64,000 bases of DNA from Flaccisagitta enflata (Eukaryota). The notes below the pieces were generated by a model. The model searched no databases. It was given only the letters and a program-made list of their open reading frames with translations, and was not told the DNA's origin. The position numbers and the translations under genes are program-made. Below, piece after piece: positions 1 through 13,600 of the stretch (its first letter is position 1; every line of letters starts with the position of its first letter). The stretch is from positions 9,424,001-9,488,000 of the forward strand of contig OZ231126.1 of the NCBI GenBank assembly GCA_965153355.1. Direction: 5' to 3'.

Positions 1-234
1 CTAACCCTCACCCTAATCCCTACTCTATCCCTAACCCTAAAACCCACCCCATCCCTAACCCAAACCCCACCCCTAACCCTAAAACATTACCCGCTTAAAA
101 ACACTTAAAAACAAAAGACACGGATTGTCATTGCGAACGTGACCGAAAATATAATACTGTCTAGTTGTATGCGAAATCTTATGTTGCTACGGATGGTTTC
201 TTGATGTTAACATTATTCTCAAATCAACAATTGC

Positions 235-422
235 TTTTTAGTCGCGTGCACACGTCTCAACACCCCGCTTTGTCCGTCGGTCGGTCAGTTGGTCTGTCCA
301 CTTTACTTTTTTTATGATTTTATTTTTGAACCTCACTGCTCCTGCCCAAATGATCTAGTGACCTCAAATATGGCCCCTGCCCACCCGCACGCGACTTTGG
401 TAGCCGTGTATCCAGCCTTGTT
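235..422 (+). mobile_element. Helentron/DINE-1-like non-autonomous element (HINE), subfamily AGTCGCGT (second copy 15245-15432)
   Basis: T-run, 5' sub-TIR agtcgcgtg, GTCG microsatellite, 3' sub-TIR cacgcgact, short hairpin, ccttgtt end. Confidence 0.75.
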
Positions 423-905
423 AGAAACAAAAGTAGGTTTACAGTTTAAAGAATAGGTTTTTAGTCTATTGAATTTGGTAGGGGTTTTCATGACTCAAGG
501 TTAACTAAACAAATTAACTTCAGATTTCATCGGCGCATGTTAGGGCTCATTAGTCATTCTTCACAAGAAACAACCTTGGGGGCTTGAGTATCTCAGCTAT
601 TGATTATCCTACAGGCCTGTCTGATTTTGTTTAAACATTGATTCCTTTTGAATATGAAATCTTCCTGTTCACAACTTCACAGTGTGATCGGCCTCAGCTG
701 TAAGATTATATTAAAAATCCTGTTTGAACTACTATTGTTTAAAAAGAAAATTCTATGGAGGAGTTATGCGAAAATAGGTGAATATGTATCTTATTTGGAT
801 GATTTTTTTAGAAGTCAAATTTAAGCAAGGTAAACAAAAATAAGCTCTATTGCCCTTAACATACTATGATATTGTTATTTTTATTTTCTGAAAAAATTAA
901 TTTTT

Positions 906-1454
906 AGTCGCGTGCTACGCGACTCTACACCCCGCTTTGTCCGTCGGTCGGTCGGTTGGTCGGTCGGTTGGTCGGTCGGTTGGTCCGTCACACTTTACTT
1001 TTTTTATTCGTTTTATTTCTACTAACTCATTTTAGGTCAATTGGGTTATTTATAGTCAAATTAGATCATTTTAAGTCATTTTAAGTCATTTTAAGTCAAT
1101 TTAAGTCATTTGAGTTATTTCAATAATTTTCATCATTTTTGAGATTTTAGGTCTGTTTAAGTCAATTTAGGTCAGTTTAATTCAATTTCAGTAATTCTAG
1201 GTCAATCAAATTCTTTTAAAGTCATTTTAAGTCGATTTAAGTCAATTTAAGTCATTATAGTCACTAAATCATTTTAGTCATTTTAGGTCAATTTAAGTCA
1301 AATTAGGTCATTTTAAGTCATTTTAGGTCATTTTAGATCATTTTAAGTCATGTTACATATATCAAATTCAATAAAAGTCATTTTAGTTATGTGGTTATGT
1401 AATAAGCTAATTACATATTTAAGTCTCGCACGCGACTTATAGGTGTTGGCCTTG
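906..1454 (+). mobile_element. HINE with central ~10-bp tandem array (ttaagtcatt); present only in duplicate copy A
   Basis: Empty site at 15911-15917 is a plain T7 run. 5' hairpin agtcgcgt-gct-acgcgact, (GGTC/GGTT)n, 3' gcacgcgact. Confidence 0.9.
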
Positions 1455-1620
1455 TTTTAATGAATTTTACATTTGAGGCTATTCATCCTGTGTAGGTTTA
1501 AAATGCCATGTCTCTAAAACAGAATTCAATTTTTTTTTTACAGAATTGTTTTTTTTTAATGATAAATGTACTAAAACAATTGTTTCCCATTCTCTTGAAT
1601 GATATGGCTGATATACTTAC

Positions 1621-1800
1621 TTTGTTGGTAAGTTGGTGCGATGGGTTTTGGAGGTGATTGGGACTTGGTAGCTCTTGGCGGCGGAATTGGAGAGGGAGTG
1701 TTTCTCAATGCGGGGTTGTAAAGTAGGTTGGAAGCTGTAAGACTCGTTCCCGGGGCGCCACTACCCATCTGAATCAGTGCCTTCTTTGTTACGTCGGGAC
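1621..1800 (-). CDS. JPH: Duplicate (copy A) of the 180-nt junctophilin divergent-region exon
   Basis: Identical translation and splice signals to 16080-16259. Confidence 0.75.
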
Positions 1801-2342
1801 CTGAGACAACAACAACAACAGACACCAATTCATAATCTGTCTGGTACGTGTTGTTTTGGGAAACATGTTCCACTTTGTTCCAGGGAATGAATAGGTGTTA
1901 ATAATTGATGTGCTGGCTGCTGAACGAAGAAAAAGGGCCATGCCATGCATAACACAATTGTAACACACAAGACCCTTTCCTTGATCCCATCCGAATGTGC
2001 GTTTTAGCTCGTTCTCTTTTGTAAACAAGGCCGGATACGCGATTTAAAAGTAGTCACTCTCAGGTGGGCAGGGGCAGTAATGGTCAGAAATCAATGTAAT
2101 AATCAACCCACGGACCTACGGCCTACGGATAAATTCTCTCAGGAAGTCGCTTACCAAGCGACAAAAACTATGCACAAAAACTATCTTCCAAAAAAAAAAA
2201 AAAGCAAAAAAGGAAAAAAAAAGCATCTGATGCTTTGAAAACATCTTTTTGATGAAATGTGCTTTATGGGATTGGTAAGCTGAACGCGACCTCACACATC
2301 TGAGAGGTGCTGTTTAAAGACAAAGATCCCAGCTCTGTGTGT

Positions 2343-2447
<105 letters not shown>

Positions 2448-2855
2448 CTCATTTCAACTTAAGGCTGACCAGTACTTGCGACCATAGTTATTGCGTTAAA
2501 GTAGCAATTATTGTCATCAATCTCACAGAATGAAGAATGAACGAACAGTCATCATTTTTGCGGACTATCAAATCCTTGAGTCGTCGCTTTTTTGGTGAGA
2601 ATGAACCGATTGAACCATTTATTGATGAACTCAATTTTTTGTCATTGAAGTTTGAACACACGAGCATATCTCAACCGGGAAAAATGGTGATGGTGAAGAA
2701 CAGAAAAATAAAGTAAAAGGGGGAAAATCATTCTCGAATGAAGCTCAACTGATTTCATTCAATGCGCATGCGCTGATGTCGATCTTTGTCAGATTTCGAG
2801 GTTACAACTCGTTTCATATACTTTCATAAAATATAAATACATGATCGTCACCATA

Positions 2856-3179
2856 CAGTCAATGGACAGAGCGGGAATGATGTAGGTATATATGGCTGGT
2901 GCTAATTGAAATTATATCCCGGATGATAAAAAATTGCAATTAACAGGTTGTTGATTGAACAAATTTGGTAGATTCATGATTTTGTAAAATTTTAAATTGT
3001 TTCTTAAGTCACACTTATGCCATATACTACTAAGTAATTAATATGAATATCTAATAACTAATATATTAAATGAATGATTTGAATTATCACAAAAAGTACA
3101 TAATGTGAAATATCAAAAATAGACAAGATAAAAACCAGCCATATGACCCGTGTCACATCCGTGTTTTGTCCACCGACTG
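2856..3179. mobile_element. Tc1/mariner-like MITE (second copy 17286-17612)
   Basis: Imperfect TIR cagtcaatggaca / tgtccaccgactg with left TA; termini related to 28895-29204. Confidence 0.65.
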
Positions 3180-3370
3180 AACAATTATATCAATGTATAT
3201 AACTACCTTCTTCCTCGCTATTTTGGTCGAAAAGGATAAGTCCAGAAGAGGGGTCTGTAAGACATTTGTTTGGTTATATAACGCGTCAAGATTGATAATT
3301 CTACAAGATCAAATACAATCACGACTTCATGACGATGACGATGAGGACACCCGTTGAGGTGAATACTTAC

Positions 3371-3460
3371 TGTAAGAAGCCCCGGGCGGCTCTTCTTCCA
3401 AGGCTTTAAGCTCTTTTGACAAAGGCTGATCTCTTTGTCTTCTTTGACACCATAGGACGC
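3371..3460 (-). CDS. JPH: Duplicate (copy A) of the probable 90-nt junctophilin exon
   Basis: Same sequence and splice signals as 17804-17893. Confidence 0.5.
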
Positions 3461-3808
3461 CTTTTGACGCCCCAGTAGGAGTTAGTGAGGTTACAGATGG
3501 ATTAGTTGGATTCCAATGATGTTATAAGTTGTTGTTGTTGTTGTTGTTGATGTTATTAGTCAAACGGGTAAAAGAGAGAAAACAATAAAAGCTGCGTGAA
3601 AACAATCCAATTCCCGAATCGGCAATGATGAATGTTGTTGACTGTTATGATCGGGTGTGTCAATATGCAAAAGGTTTTTTGATCAGATGGTCACCATCAG
3701 GGATTGTTGGGCCATTATTCTAAGATATTTACCGTATTTTTTTTCCAAATTTCATTCATCTTCAGTTTTTTTCTAAATCCCCATTTAGCACTTAATTTAT
3801 ATATTGTA

Positions 3809-4359
3809 CATAGAAAAGGTTAATATAAAGTGTGAACCCCCTGAAAACTGTAGCACCCCCACCTACAGCTCCAACCGACTATATTATAAACACTCAAAAG
3901 GTAGAGGCAGAATGTTTATATCAATACAAGTAGCGTCACTAAAGCAATTTTTCAATTTTGCTCTTTTAGTCAAGATATAGCTTAATAAAGCATTTTAATT
4001 AACTAATATTAAAAGTTCATAAAATTAAAGATTTTTCATTATAATTTGAGATTGGAGTAGAAATTGCAAAATCGCTCAGGTGGCGCCACTTGTATGGTCA
4101 CAAACTTTAATTAGCAATATTAAATTTATCATATATCACCACAGTTTAATCTGTAAGGGGGGGTGCGCTACAGTTTTAAGGGGGTTCACATTAGTGAAAG
4201 TCGGAGATTCGGCTTCGGCATCGACCTACTGACCGGGACACTACCCTAACATCGGAACCGAAGTCGAAGTTGTCATCCAACTTCGGATTGCAGGAGTCAG
4301 GAGTCAGTATGTAGTAGGTAGAAGGTTCAAAGTTGGTTCTTTTTAAAGGAGAAAAAAAG

Positions 4360-4418
<59 letters not shown>

Positions 4419-4556
4419 AAGACAGATAAGAGAGAAACAGTGAGAGAGTTACAGATGGGGGGAGATAAAGTTAGATGTTTTACTTCAAAGAATGTAAGAG
4501 TATGTTAGGAAATGTAAGAAAGTATAAAACAAAGAGAGAAAGAAAGAAAGAAAGAA

Positions 4557-4589
<33 letters not shown>

Positions 4590-5147
4590 GAGGGAGAAAG
4601 AGAGAAAAAGAAGGGAAAAATAAAGAAACAGAGAAAAGAGGGAGAAAAAAAACATGAAAATAAAAATACAAATGATTGAAAAAAAATCATTTAAAGAAAT
4701 ATCAGAACCACTAGTTTTGCTTCAGAGATTAACTTAAACTTTAAGAAACAAGCACATATTTGTATTGATATGATTAAATAAAAGAAATTTCATTTATTAG
4801 TATTATACTATTTCTCACATTCAAAAACAAAACAGAAATGATAAATCAATAAAAGATTTGAAGTTATTTTTTTTTTAAAGAGAAATAACAGTGAAAAATA
4901 AAGCAAGATGAAAATGAAAAAAAAAACAAGATAAAAAAAATCGAAATTTGATATTTGTTTTTATAATCTAAAAAAAATTTGATTTAATCAAAAAATTGAA
5001 GTAACTTCGAACTTCGGTTTCGGACTTCGGCAAACTTCGGTTTCGGTTTCGGAAACAAAGTCACTGTAATCTTCGGCTTCGGTTCGACTTCGGTCTACCT
5101 ACCTTCGGTCTAACACTAGTTCACATCTTATATTTCTCCTTTCTCTG
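3809..5147. mobile_element. TA-flanked Tc1/mariner-like MITE nested in the Mutator-like MITE (second copy 18242-19712)
   Basis: ~60-bp imperfect TIRs. TA is duplicated relative to the empty site tatattt-TA-gtgcagc near 25028. Confidence 0.85.
4192..5118. mobile_element. hAT-like non-autonomous element nested in the right TIR of the TA-MITE (second copy 18625-19683)
   Basis: Perfect 8-bp TSD gttcacat, TAGTG...CACTA termini, repeated subterminal ttcgg motifs. Confidence 0.88.
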
Positions 5148-5853
5148 TAGTGCAGCTGGTTTTGCACCTGGATTATTGATAACAAGGAAAAGAATCAAAA
5201 CACATTGATTCTTTTATTTTTTATACTAAAAAAAATTAGTCAAAATCTACTGCTTTTATATAAGATGATTTAGTAAAAGAAAAAACATAATTTTTAAAAT
5301 GATTCCTTAGTTTCATTTTCAACAAAACTGGGTGCAGTCGCTAAAAGTTTATATATTTTTGACAATCTTTACATGCGCTAAAAAAATAGATGATGATTGA
5401 AATTGAAACAAATAAAAACGGTAAGTGTCTTGGAATTAATGTCTTCATACTCTCTGATGATAATGAGCTGATCAAAAGACCTTTTGCATATTTACACACC
5501 CGACTGTTATGGGTTATTTCAATCTATCACCATATTACATTTTTGCTTGTTGACGAATATCATGTTGATGAATATCAAGTGTTTAACATAAACATGACAT
5601 TGATCGAGTTTGGAAAAGTGCCGATAGAAAAAGTAGGCCCATTCTGACATTACGGTAGCTTTTCCCCTCCATCTGTCCCACAATGATATCGCTTTACCTA
5701 TTATTGCCTTTGACTGGTTGCACGGGCCATTTAACATGGTCCTCCGTTATGATGTTGCCTTTGGTCATCTGTCTGTGGTTTCTTATTTGCGCATTTTTAA
5801 GAATGTGTCTTTTGCTTTCCTTCTGTTCCCATCCCTGTCTGTCTAGGCCTGTT

Positions 5854-5990
<137 letters not shown>

Positions 5991-6834
5991 ACCCACTCGG
6001 CGTTGCGCCCGTTGCCTGACCTAGACTGCAAACGTTTCCTTGCTCCGCCCACAATCACTTTGATGAAATTCCTGTTCTAATTCGAACCCGATTTTTTCCT
6101 TCTTTTTTCCATCTCAAATTGTAATCATTCATTGAAATCTTTCAGCTTCTGTTTGTTTTAGAGCGAACAATCCTCCCCCTTTCTCAAAATCACTCCATGG
6201 GAGCGAGTGGGCCCCCCCCCTCCCCAAAAAAAAGAATCGATGTATGTCATAATTATAAATTGATATCTCACTCTCCAAGAGCTGGTAACTGTCACGTAAT
6301 TATCTATCGATCAAAGAGTATGATAGCGATGTATCATATTGCGGTTATTAGTTTTAACTTTCGGTGATAACTGTTAGGTCCGTACTAGTCTAGGATGTTA
6401 TGATGTGTGTGTTTTGACATGTTATGTTTTGACATGTTATAATGTTAGTATCGTTTGTATGCAAACGAGGATTGGAAAACATCCAAATGCTGATTAACGT
6501 TTGTTGGAAAAAAGTCGAATTACGTAATTCGCCCACTTTCCCTTTCATTTTTCCCCCTCTCTTCAGTTGTTGAAATTTTTATGGAATAGACGAGACGATC
6601 GCCTTCCTATTTTCCAATAAGCCAACTTTCTTTCACTACAAGTCGTCAGTCAGATAGGCGCTCATAGACAGTGCCAGTTGAAACTCGTGGGCGTAAGGGT
6701 ATATTTCAACAATTCCCAAAACGACTGATTCTTTCCATCTTGACCTCAAAGCGAAATTGGACAGCCGGCGGCCAGCGTAGCGGCGACACCGTCTGCGGCC
6801 GGCTTCGCGTCCTCTGAGTGTCTCGCCGGTTTGA

Positions 6835-9800
6835 ATGCGGTGTCCGAGGGTGGCGGATGCGTTTGCGCGCGATGAAAAGCGACATCACGGCCAGGAGATG
6901 GAAGGATGTCGGCGCCTTTTCGACGCCGTTTCTACTTGCGCCGAAGGAACGAATGATTTCGACGGCGCAACGCCAGCAGATCAGGCCGGCGCCGACCTGC
7001 GGCCTTCGGGATACATGGTCTGCGACTTTATGTCATACGCAAGGCAAATGGCGCTCGACTCGATGCCCGGCGACCCTCTGCGATTCGCGGCGTCCACTTT
7101 GCGTCGAATCCGGCGCGAATGGAACTCCATGCGTTTCTTTGATCGTGAAAACTATCCAGAGGGTTTTCCTTCCAATGCCGACATCGTTTTGCAATGCACA
7201 ATGACATTGAGAATCGTAAAAGACCCGTCAATGAATTCTCATGGAATAGTCTCCCAACTGACACTCATGCCGCCCGTGACAATGTGACTGGCGCTCCAAC
7301 ACCAAGGATGCGAACGTCTTCGCCAAACCCCGACGGATCCGAGTATCTTCCACTTCCGGCTCCGCGACATGGTGCGCAATCTCCAACTGGCGGTCAGTGC
7401 CGAAATCTGCCGCCGATCCAAAGAGGAGATACCGTCAATCAGTGGGTTTCGGATTTGGTATCGGAAATCGAACCTGCGCGTGCGTCTCCGATGGAGCAGG
7501 CCGACGACATGCTTGCGGATCTCAAAGACGGCGATGCTCTCATATGAGGTCGTGGGATCATCAACGGACCGACGCTGCAGGAGAGGGCAAGGCGGCGTTT
7601 GGTCAACAGGAGTGCGGAGAGAGACAGATGGGGTAGGCAGTTGGAGGAAGAAATGCGACAAGGCCGGCGGCTGATAGATGATATGCAGCAGCAACAGCGG
7701 GAGGAGGAGCAGCGGCGGCAACAGGAGCAACAGCAGCAGCATCGGTTGCAGATGCAGCAGCAACAACTCCAGCAGCATCGTCGACTCCACCGACCACAGG
7801 AGCAGCAGCAAACGACAGCTCAGCGGCGGCGGCGAGAACTGCTGCGGCAGCGGCGGTTGCAGCAGCTCCAACAGTTTTGTCAGCAAGATCAACACCGGAC
7901 GCGGCGCTGATAAGTCTTTGCGGCGGTGCTGACGTGTGGTTCCTTAGCAACAGCCTCAGCAGCGGCAGCAGCGGCAGCAGCAGCAGCAGGGCTGCAGCAA
8001 CATCGGCGGTCATGCGCCGCGCCAGTTCGGAGCCGCTGGCAACAGCGGCAAAATGACGCAGGAGAGCGTACGCAACAGCAGCTGCAGCAGCAACAGCGGC
8101 CTTCCGCCGCGATCCCAGCGGTGGAAGTGGAACCTCCAGCGTCAAATAACCATCTTGCCGAAAGCATCAACGTCAGTGAAGAAACAGAGGAAGAAAGACA
8201 GCAGCGACTTGCAGAACAACGATTGCGTATGATGCCTGAAGGTGAAGGCGGTGGTGCAGCAACAGCTCCAAAGGCGCCGATTGCGGTTAAATTGGGATTT
8301 CAACATTGACTCACATCACAAGAAGACAAAGAGTTATACGACAGGTTGAGCAACTTTCGCCATCAACAGCAACGAGATGAAGATAGAAGAGCAGGAGTAT
8401 TCAACAATGCGCCAGAAATGCAACGCAGCTGCTAGAATAGCCTGAGCAGCGGCATTGGTGGAGCTTTAGAGCATGGGATGTGAAGCTTAGACAACGCTGT
8501 CTGGAGCTGGACAAGCGGCAGCCCGCGCATCGCGGCGTGTCTATCTTCAGGAAACTGTAATCGATTGTTCGAATTCGAATATACAGCAACATCATGTGCA
8601 GTCTGTGGAAACGTCCGTCAAGCAGCCGATGCAGCAGCAGCAACAGTTGGAGCAGCAGCAGCAGCAAGGACAACGTCAGCGTCAGCTGCAGCAGCAGAAT
8701 GAACAGCAACAGTATCCTGACCAGCAGCATTATCAGCAGTGGCAGCAGCAACGGCTTCAACAGCAGCAACAGCACCAGGATCAGCATCACCAAACTCCAG
8801 CAGCAACGATTCTCCCTGCCACACAGGAAGTGATCTTTGAGAAGCAGATTGATTCTGCTAGAAGGGAGACTGGTCTTCCCCATCAAGAGGAAAAAGTCTT
8901 CAACACAACCGGAAGCGGAGGTGATGCGACGGAGGCGATGCGCAGGAGGCAGAAGCAGGAGGCCGCTGACGCGAAGGTGGCACAGCAGCTGCAAGATAAG
9001 GAGAGAAGAAAGTCGCTCCCAAGAAGACAAGTGGTTGCAGCCGAAGGCGCCAAAGTGGCGCATAGCGCCCCTCTAGCAACGCCTCAAGCGGAAGTCTTCC
9101 AGCAGAATCAGCGTTTTGCAGCAGGAAGTGGATAGTTTGAAGATACCCAGATTCAGCAGAAGAAGACTTTGACCTTGCATGACGAGAAGAAGAGAGCAAG
9201 CGCAAAAAGAGCAACAACAAGCGTCAATAGATCATAGAACTTGATGCTCCCGGTTCCATCAAGATGATCGTCAGCAACAAATGAATCAGCAAGAAGAAGT
9301 TGGGTGGAGTGTAAAAACCACAAAAAAGAGATCTCCGGTCAAAGTCGGGGGTCAGTACGCGCTGACCCTGCAACCTCCAGCGTATCATCAGGTGGAGCAT
9401 CATCAAGTGGCTCGTCAACCGGAAGTACACGTACAGATGCCCAACAATCCGGCTCTGGACATGTTTTTGGAAAGAGCGGCGTACAACGATCTCATGCGAG
9501 CAAGGGAGGTCGGCCTCAAAGCGTTGGAGAGAGCAAGACCCGAGAAGCCTCTGCAGGAGCTTTCATCTACCGACTTTATGATGTGGAAGAGGAAGTTCAA
9601 GGATGCTGAGAAAGCGTGAAGGCTTGGCGCAGATGGACATCTTATTGGAATTGCCTAAGTAGTTTTGCTGGTCCCGGCAAGGAGATCCCTTCAGAAACCT
9701 CGACGATTGGCGCAACTGGAAGAGCGACAGCAGGAGAAGATTGGCGGCAGCAACCACCAAAATGAGCGTCGTCTTCATGGCAAGGCGCTGCAACATTGCG

Positions 9801-10420
9801 GCGCTGTTCCATGAAAAAGTCGCGGAGGCGAAGATCCAGTCGGCCGACCATACCAGGCATTTCAATTTGTCTGCAAGGTTGCAAAAAGAAAAGAAGATTG
9901 CGAGGACCTGTGGAGAAGTGCAACAATGCTATCACGACGAGTTGCTGCAGGAGATCCTCAATAAGAGGGTCCCTCATCTTGCAGATAAATTCTGGGAAAA
10001 GCAGCATGAAGCAGCCCAAAATGGACCAGCATTTTCATTAAACAACTTGTTCATATGATTGAGACATGGGCGGTGATTCAGCGCAACAAAGGCGCAAGCT
10101 GCAAAAAAGCATCAGTGGCAGCAGTTGCAACGACAGAAAAAGAGGCGCCATCATCATGCGAGGGCAGCCTTGACCTAATAGCAAGCAAAAGTGCAGTCGA
10201 CGGACCGCTGCAACGTCTGCAGTGGAATGCATCAACCAGAGGAGTGTAATCAGTTGTCAGAGTTGGAAGTGGACGCGAGAGTTCAGAAGATCATGTCTAA
10301 GTAGTCTTTGACACCACTGTCTCGCGCTTGGAACACAACGCAGCAAGGTGCGCGAACAGACCAACTTAGATGCAAAAAAGAGCGGCACGCGACTATCTCA
10401 CGGGCGCACCTACCAAGAAA
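6835..10420 (+). pseudogene. gag: BEL/Pao gag remnant with long Gln-rich low-complexity region
   Basis: Chain of frameshifted + strand ORFs rich in CAG/CAA (7599-9135) leading to a CX2CX3HX4C knuckle. Boundaries approximate. Confidence 0.65.
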
Positions 10421-10619
10421 GGAAGAGAAGAAAAGGAAGGAAAATAAACAGAAAATAAATAGTAAAAATAAGGAAAAGAAAAAAGAAAAAAGAAGAGGAA
10501 AAAGCTGCAACAGCTCCGTCGACGGGCGGGCTTGGCCAATCCAACGGGTAGTCTCTCCTAATGCTGCGGCATGACTGGCGGCAACAGCGTCGCGGTCGTC
10601 TCTTCTGTTAGCGGCGTTG

Positions 10620-13600
10620 TCCGTCGATCGTTCAGTGACTATCGTAACAATTCTTCCCGGTCGCGCAGAAGGCGATGTCGCTATGATGATCGACTCGGGC
10701 GCTGATCGCAGCGTGATCGGTACCAATGTTCGCGATCGCCTGATTCCCTCGAAGCATAGTACGGATGGCGGTGATTGCTGTGGAAATACACAATGTTATT
10801 GAGGATCGTTTCATCGCATCATTCACCGTACTGTCGGTCGGCGAGAATATGCTAAATGTTCGTCGCGGCTGGCGTTGGTGGGTGATTTTATTATGATGAG
10901 CAACGACATTCCTCCTGGCGCTTTTCTCATGACCTATCTGACCAGCCTCATCAGAGACATAAAATTTCCAGAAGCTGAAGGAGCGGTGTGATGATGATCA
11001 TCGGAGCGCCACATGCGGAAGTCGGCGTCGCTCAAGAAATCCGTCGAGGGCCTTCAGGATCTTTGACTTGCTTCAGATGTCTATTCGGTTGGACGGTATG
11101 TGGAAAGGCGGGAAGAGGGGCGAGATGTTGCATGTGATCTAGCGCTATCGCGACGGATGACGCGTCCTCCAGCGATAACATCGATACGCATCATAAATAA
11201 TCGCGTCCTCCTTGCTGGCATTGACCGCATCTTCTACCGCTGACTTTGCATCATCAATCGTTTACTTTGAAGGAGATGGTGATTCCTTAAAGAATATCAG
11301 AGCGTACCAAAATGTTAGAGAAGAAAAGACGTATTTTTGCCCAATTGTGAAAAAGTATTTCGCTCCTGTCACATGGAAATTTCATCACGAAAAGATCATG
11401 GAGATTCTGAGAAGAGTGAAGTCACGACCCACTGCGATGAAGCGGCTCGGCAATCAACGTTTCCGCTTCAAGCGTGATCCAGCCTTCAAAGAAAGAGTTT
11501 TCCGTGAGATTGAGAAATTTTACGAGACGGGAGTGGCGATTGAGATTGATAACGTCGACGACGACGACAGCATTGAGAAGCCGCGCTGGTATTTACCACT
11601 TCATATAGTGGAGTTGCGTGGAAAAACGCGCGTATGCCATGATGCGCGTGCGGCGACCCGTAAAGGATCTCACTCAATAGATTTGCTAGTTGGAGGCCCA
11701 AACTTGATGAATAGCCTGATGGACATCCTCATGCGTTTTCGTCAGTGGAAAATCGCCTTTATGTGAGACATAAAGGCGTTTTTCAACCGCCAAATCTATA
11801 TCCATCCTGCTGACACTGATTTATTCAGATTCTTTTGGTTCAAGGACCTTACTCTTCTAGAAGCAATTTTGAATCTGTTTTTATCACACGTCTTCGGCAA
11901 CCCAATCCCAGCTCATTCGTCACATCTTCCACGTCCAGGAAAGCATGCTGAAGTAATCCTTTAAATATCCCTACAACGTCTACGATCTTGACCGATATGG
12001 CTTCTCACGTCGACGACGAAGTGGGAGTGGGGATTAGGTCGGCTGGCCACTGCGGCTGAAGTGGATTCAGTGGCGCGATGACTCAGGCGGGATGGATCTT
12101 GGCAGAAGTGGAAAAATGTCTGCGGCAATTGATGGATGGAGATCCAAATGTGCCAATCCCTATTTCAGATAAGCAAGATGATGCGCCGTGGCAGAAAGGT
12201 GTTGGGCGTCTCACAGCTCTGGCTGGAAGCGTCTTCATTTCATCTGCGGCAGAAAATTCAAAGCTCTTGAAGCAAACACCTCGTCAATTGGTCTCATGCA
12301 AGCTAAACTTTACGATCCATTGGGTTTTGGAGCCCGGCGCATACATGGCAGCGACATCTTCAACTCTGTAGTCACAGGGGAGTGGGATGGGATTCGCCAT
12401 GGAAGAGCGTCGAGGAATCTTTCTTCCGCTATACTTCATCTTGGCCTCTTCTACAACAATATCGAATTGAGCGCTGGTGGAATGGCGGCGTAGACAGCAG
12501 CGACATTGCGGAAATCACGATCGAGATCTTTTGCGATGCTGCAGCTCCAAAAGGCGGATATGGAGCAGTTGCATGTCGACAAGTCAGCCGAGATGGAAGA
12601 TGTTCTGTTTCGTTCCTTGCCTCCAAATCTCACGTCATCCCACTCAATCCAAGCAGTGGCTTCTCATCACAGCAGCGTTCACCAACAATGGGAATTGTAT
12701 CATGAAAAGCAGTGCCCAGCTCAACGGCCGTCGGAAGGACCATCAACTTGGACAATCTCACCGTCAGATTTTGGTCTGATTCTGAATCTGCACTGAGGAT
12801 GGTTTACAATCCGGCAAGACCGAGGCCTGTATTCTTCGCCAATCGTGTCTCCAAGATCCATAGTGGGTCTGATCCTCAGCAGTGGCGCTGGGTTGACTCG
12901 TCAAATAACCCGGCGGACCACTGCAGCAGAGGCATCCAGGCCCATGAAGCCGAAAAATGGCGTCAATTCCATCACGGCCCTGCATTTTTGCGTCTTCCCG
13001 AAGATCAATGGCCAAAGACGAACATCGCGACGTGCCCTATTTCTGCACAAGTCGCCGCTCTTTACGTGGCTGAAAGTGAAAAGAAACAAGTGGCTGACGC
13101 GATACTTCTTACAGCAGCGCCTCTCTGAGAAGATGGATGTACAAATTGCGGATCATCGGCATGATTCTCGTAAGTAATCCAAGAGGTAGAGAGAGCGTAT
13201 CCAAGGCGAGGAGCACGAGCAGCAAAGGATCTCCTTCCTAAACCGGAAGTGACGCATGGCGTATTTGAGGAGGCGCGCAAACAGCTCGTCAAGTCAATGC
13301 AGCGGCATCTGTATCGACGTCTTCGAACAATTGGAGGTTGGGAAAACGTCTTCAAGCCAGAAAGCCGTCATGACTTTATCATCAAAAACAAAGAGATGCG
13401 AAAATTGAATCCTTTCATCGGCGACGTCGGTATCATTAACATCTGCAGCCGATTGGAAAACGCCGACATCGCTCATGCCTTAAATTTCCCTTCATCCTGC
13501 CGCCAAAAGGCGAGAATGTGAAATCATTAATTCGCCATTATCATCATAATGAATTTCACGCGGTGCAAAGCATGCATTGTGTCAATTACGCCAATTTGTG

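Larger units (their letters stand above)
3651..5503. mobile_element. Mutator-like long-TIR MITE carrying two nested insertions (second copy 18084-20068)
   Basis: TIR tcgggtgtgt.../...acacacccga with 9-bp flanks ctgttatga/ctgttatgg. An uninterrupted 501-bp relative lies at 24869-25369. Confidence 0.85.

Noticed and set aside
1-90. True telomere
   Set aside because: Short, degenerate and embedded in a dispersed repeat with internal copies.
7239-9063. Minus-strand Leu/Ala-rich ORFs over the retroelement
   Set aside because: Antisense shadows of the CAG-rich gag region.
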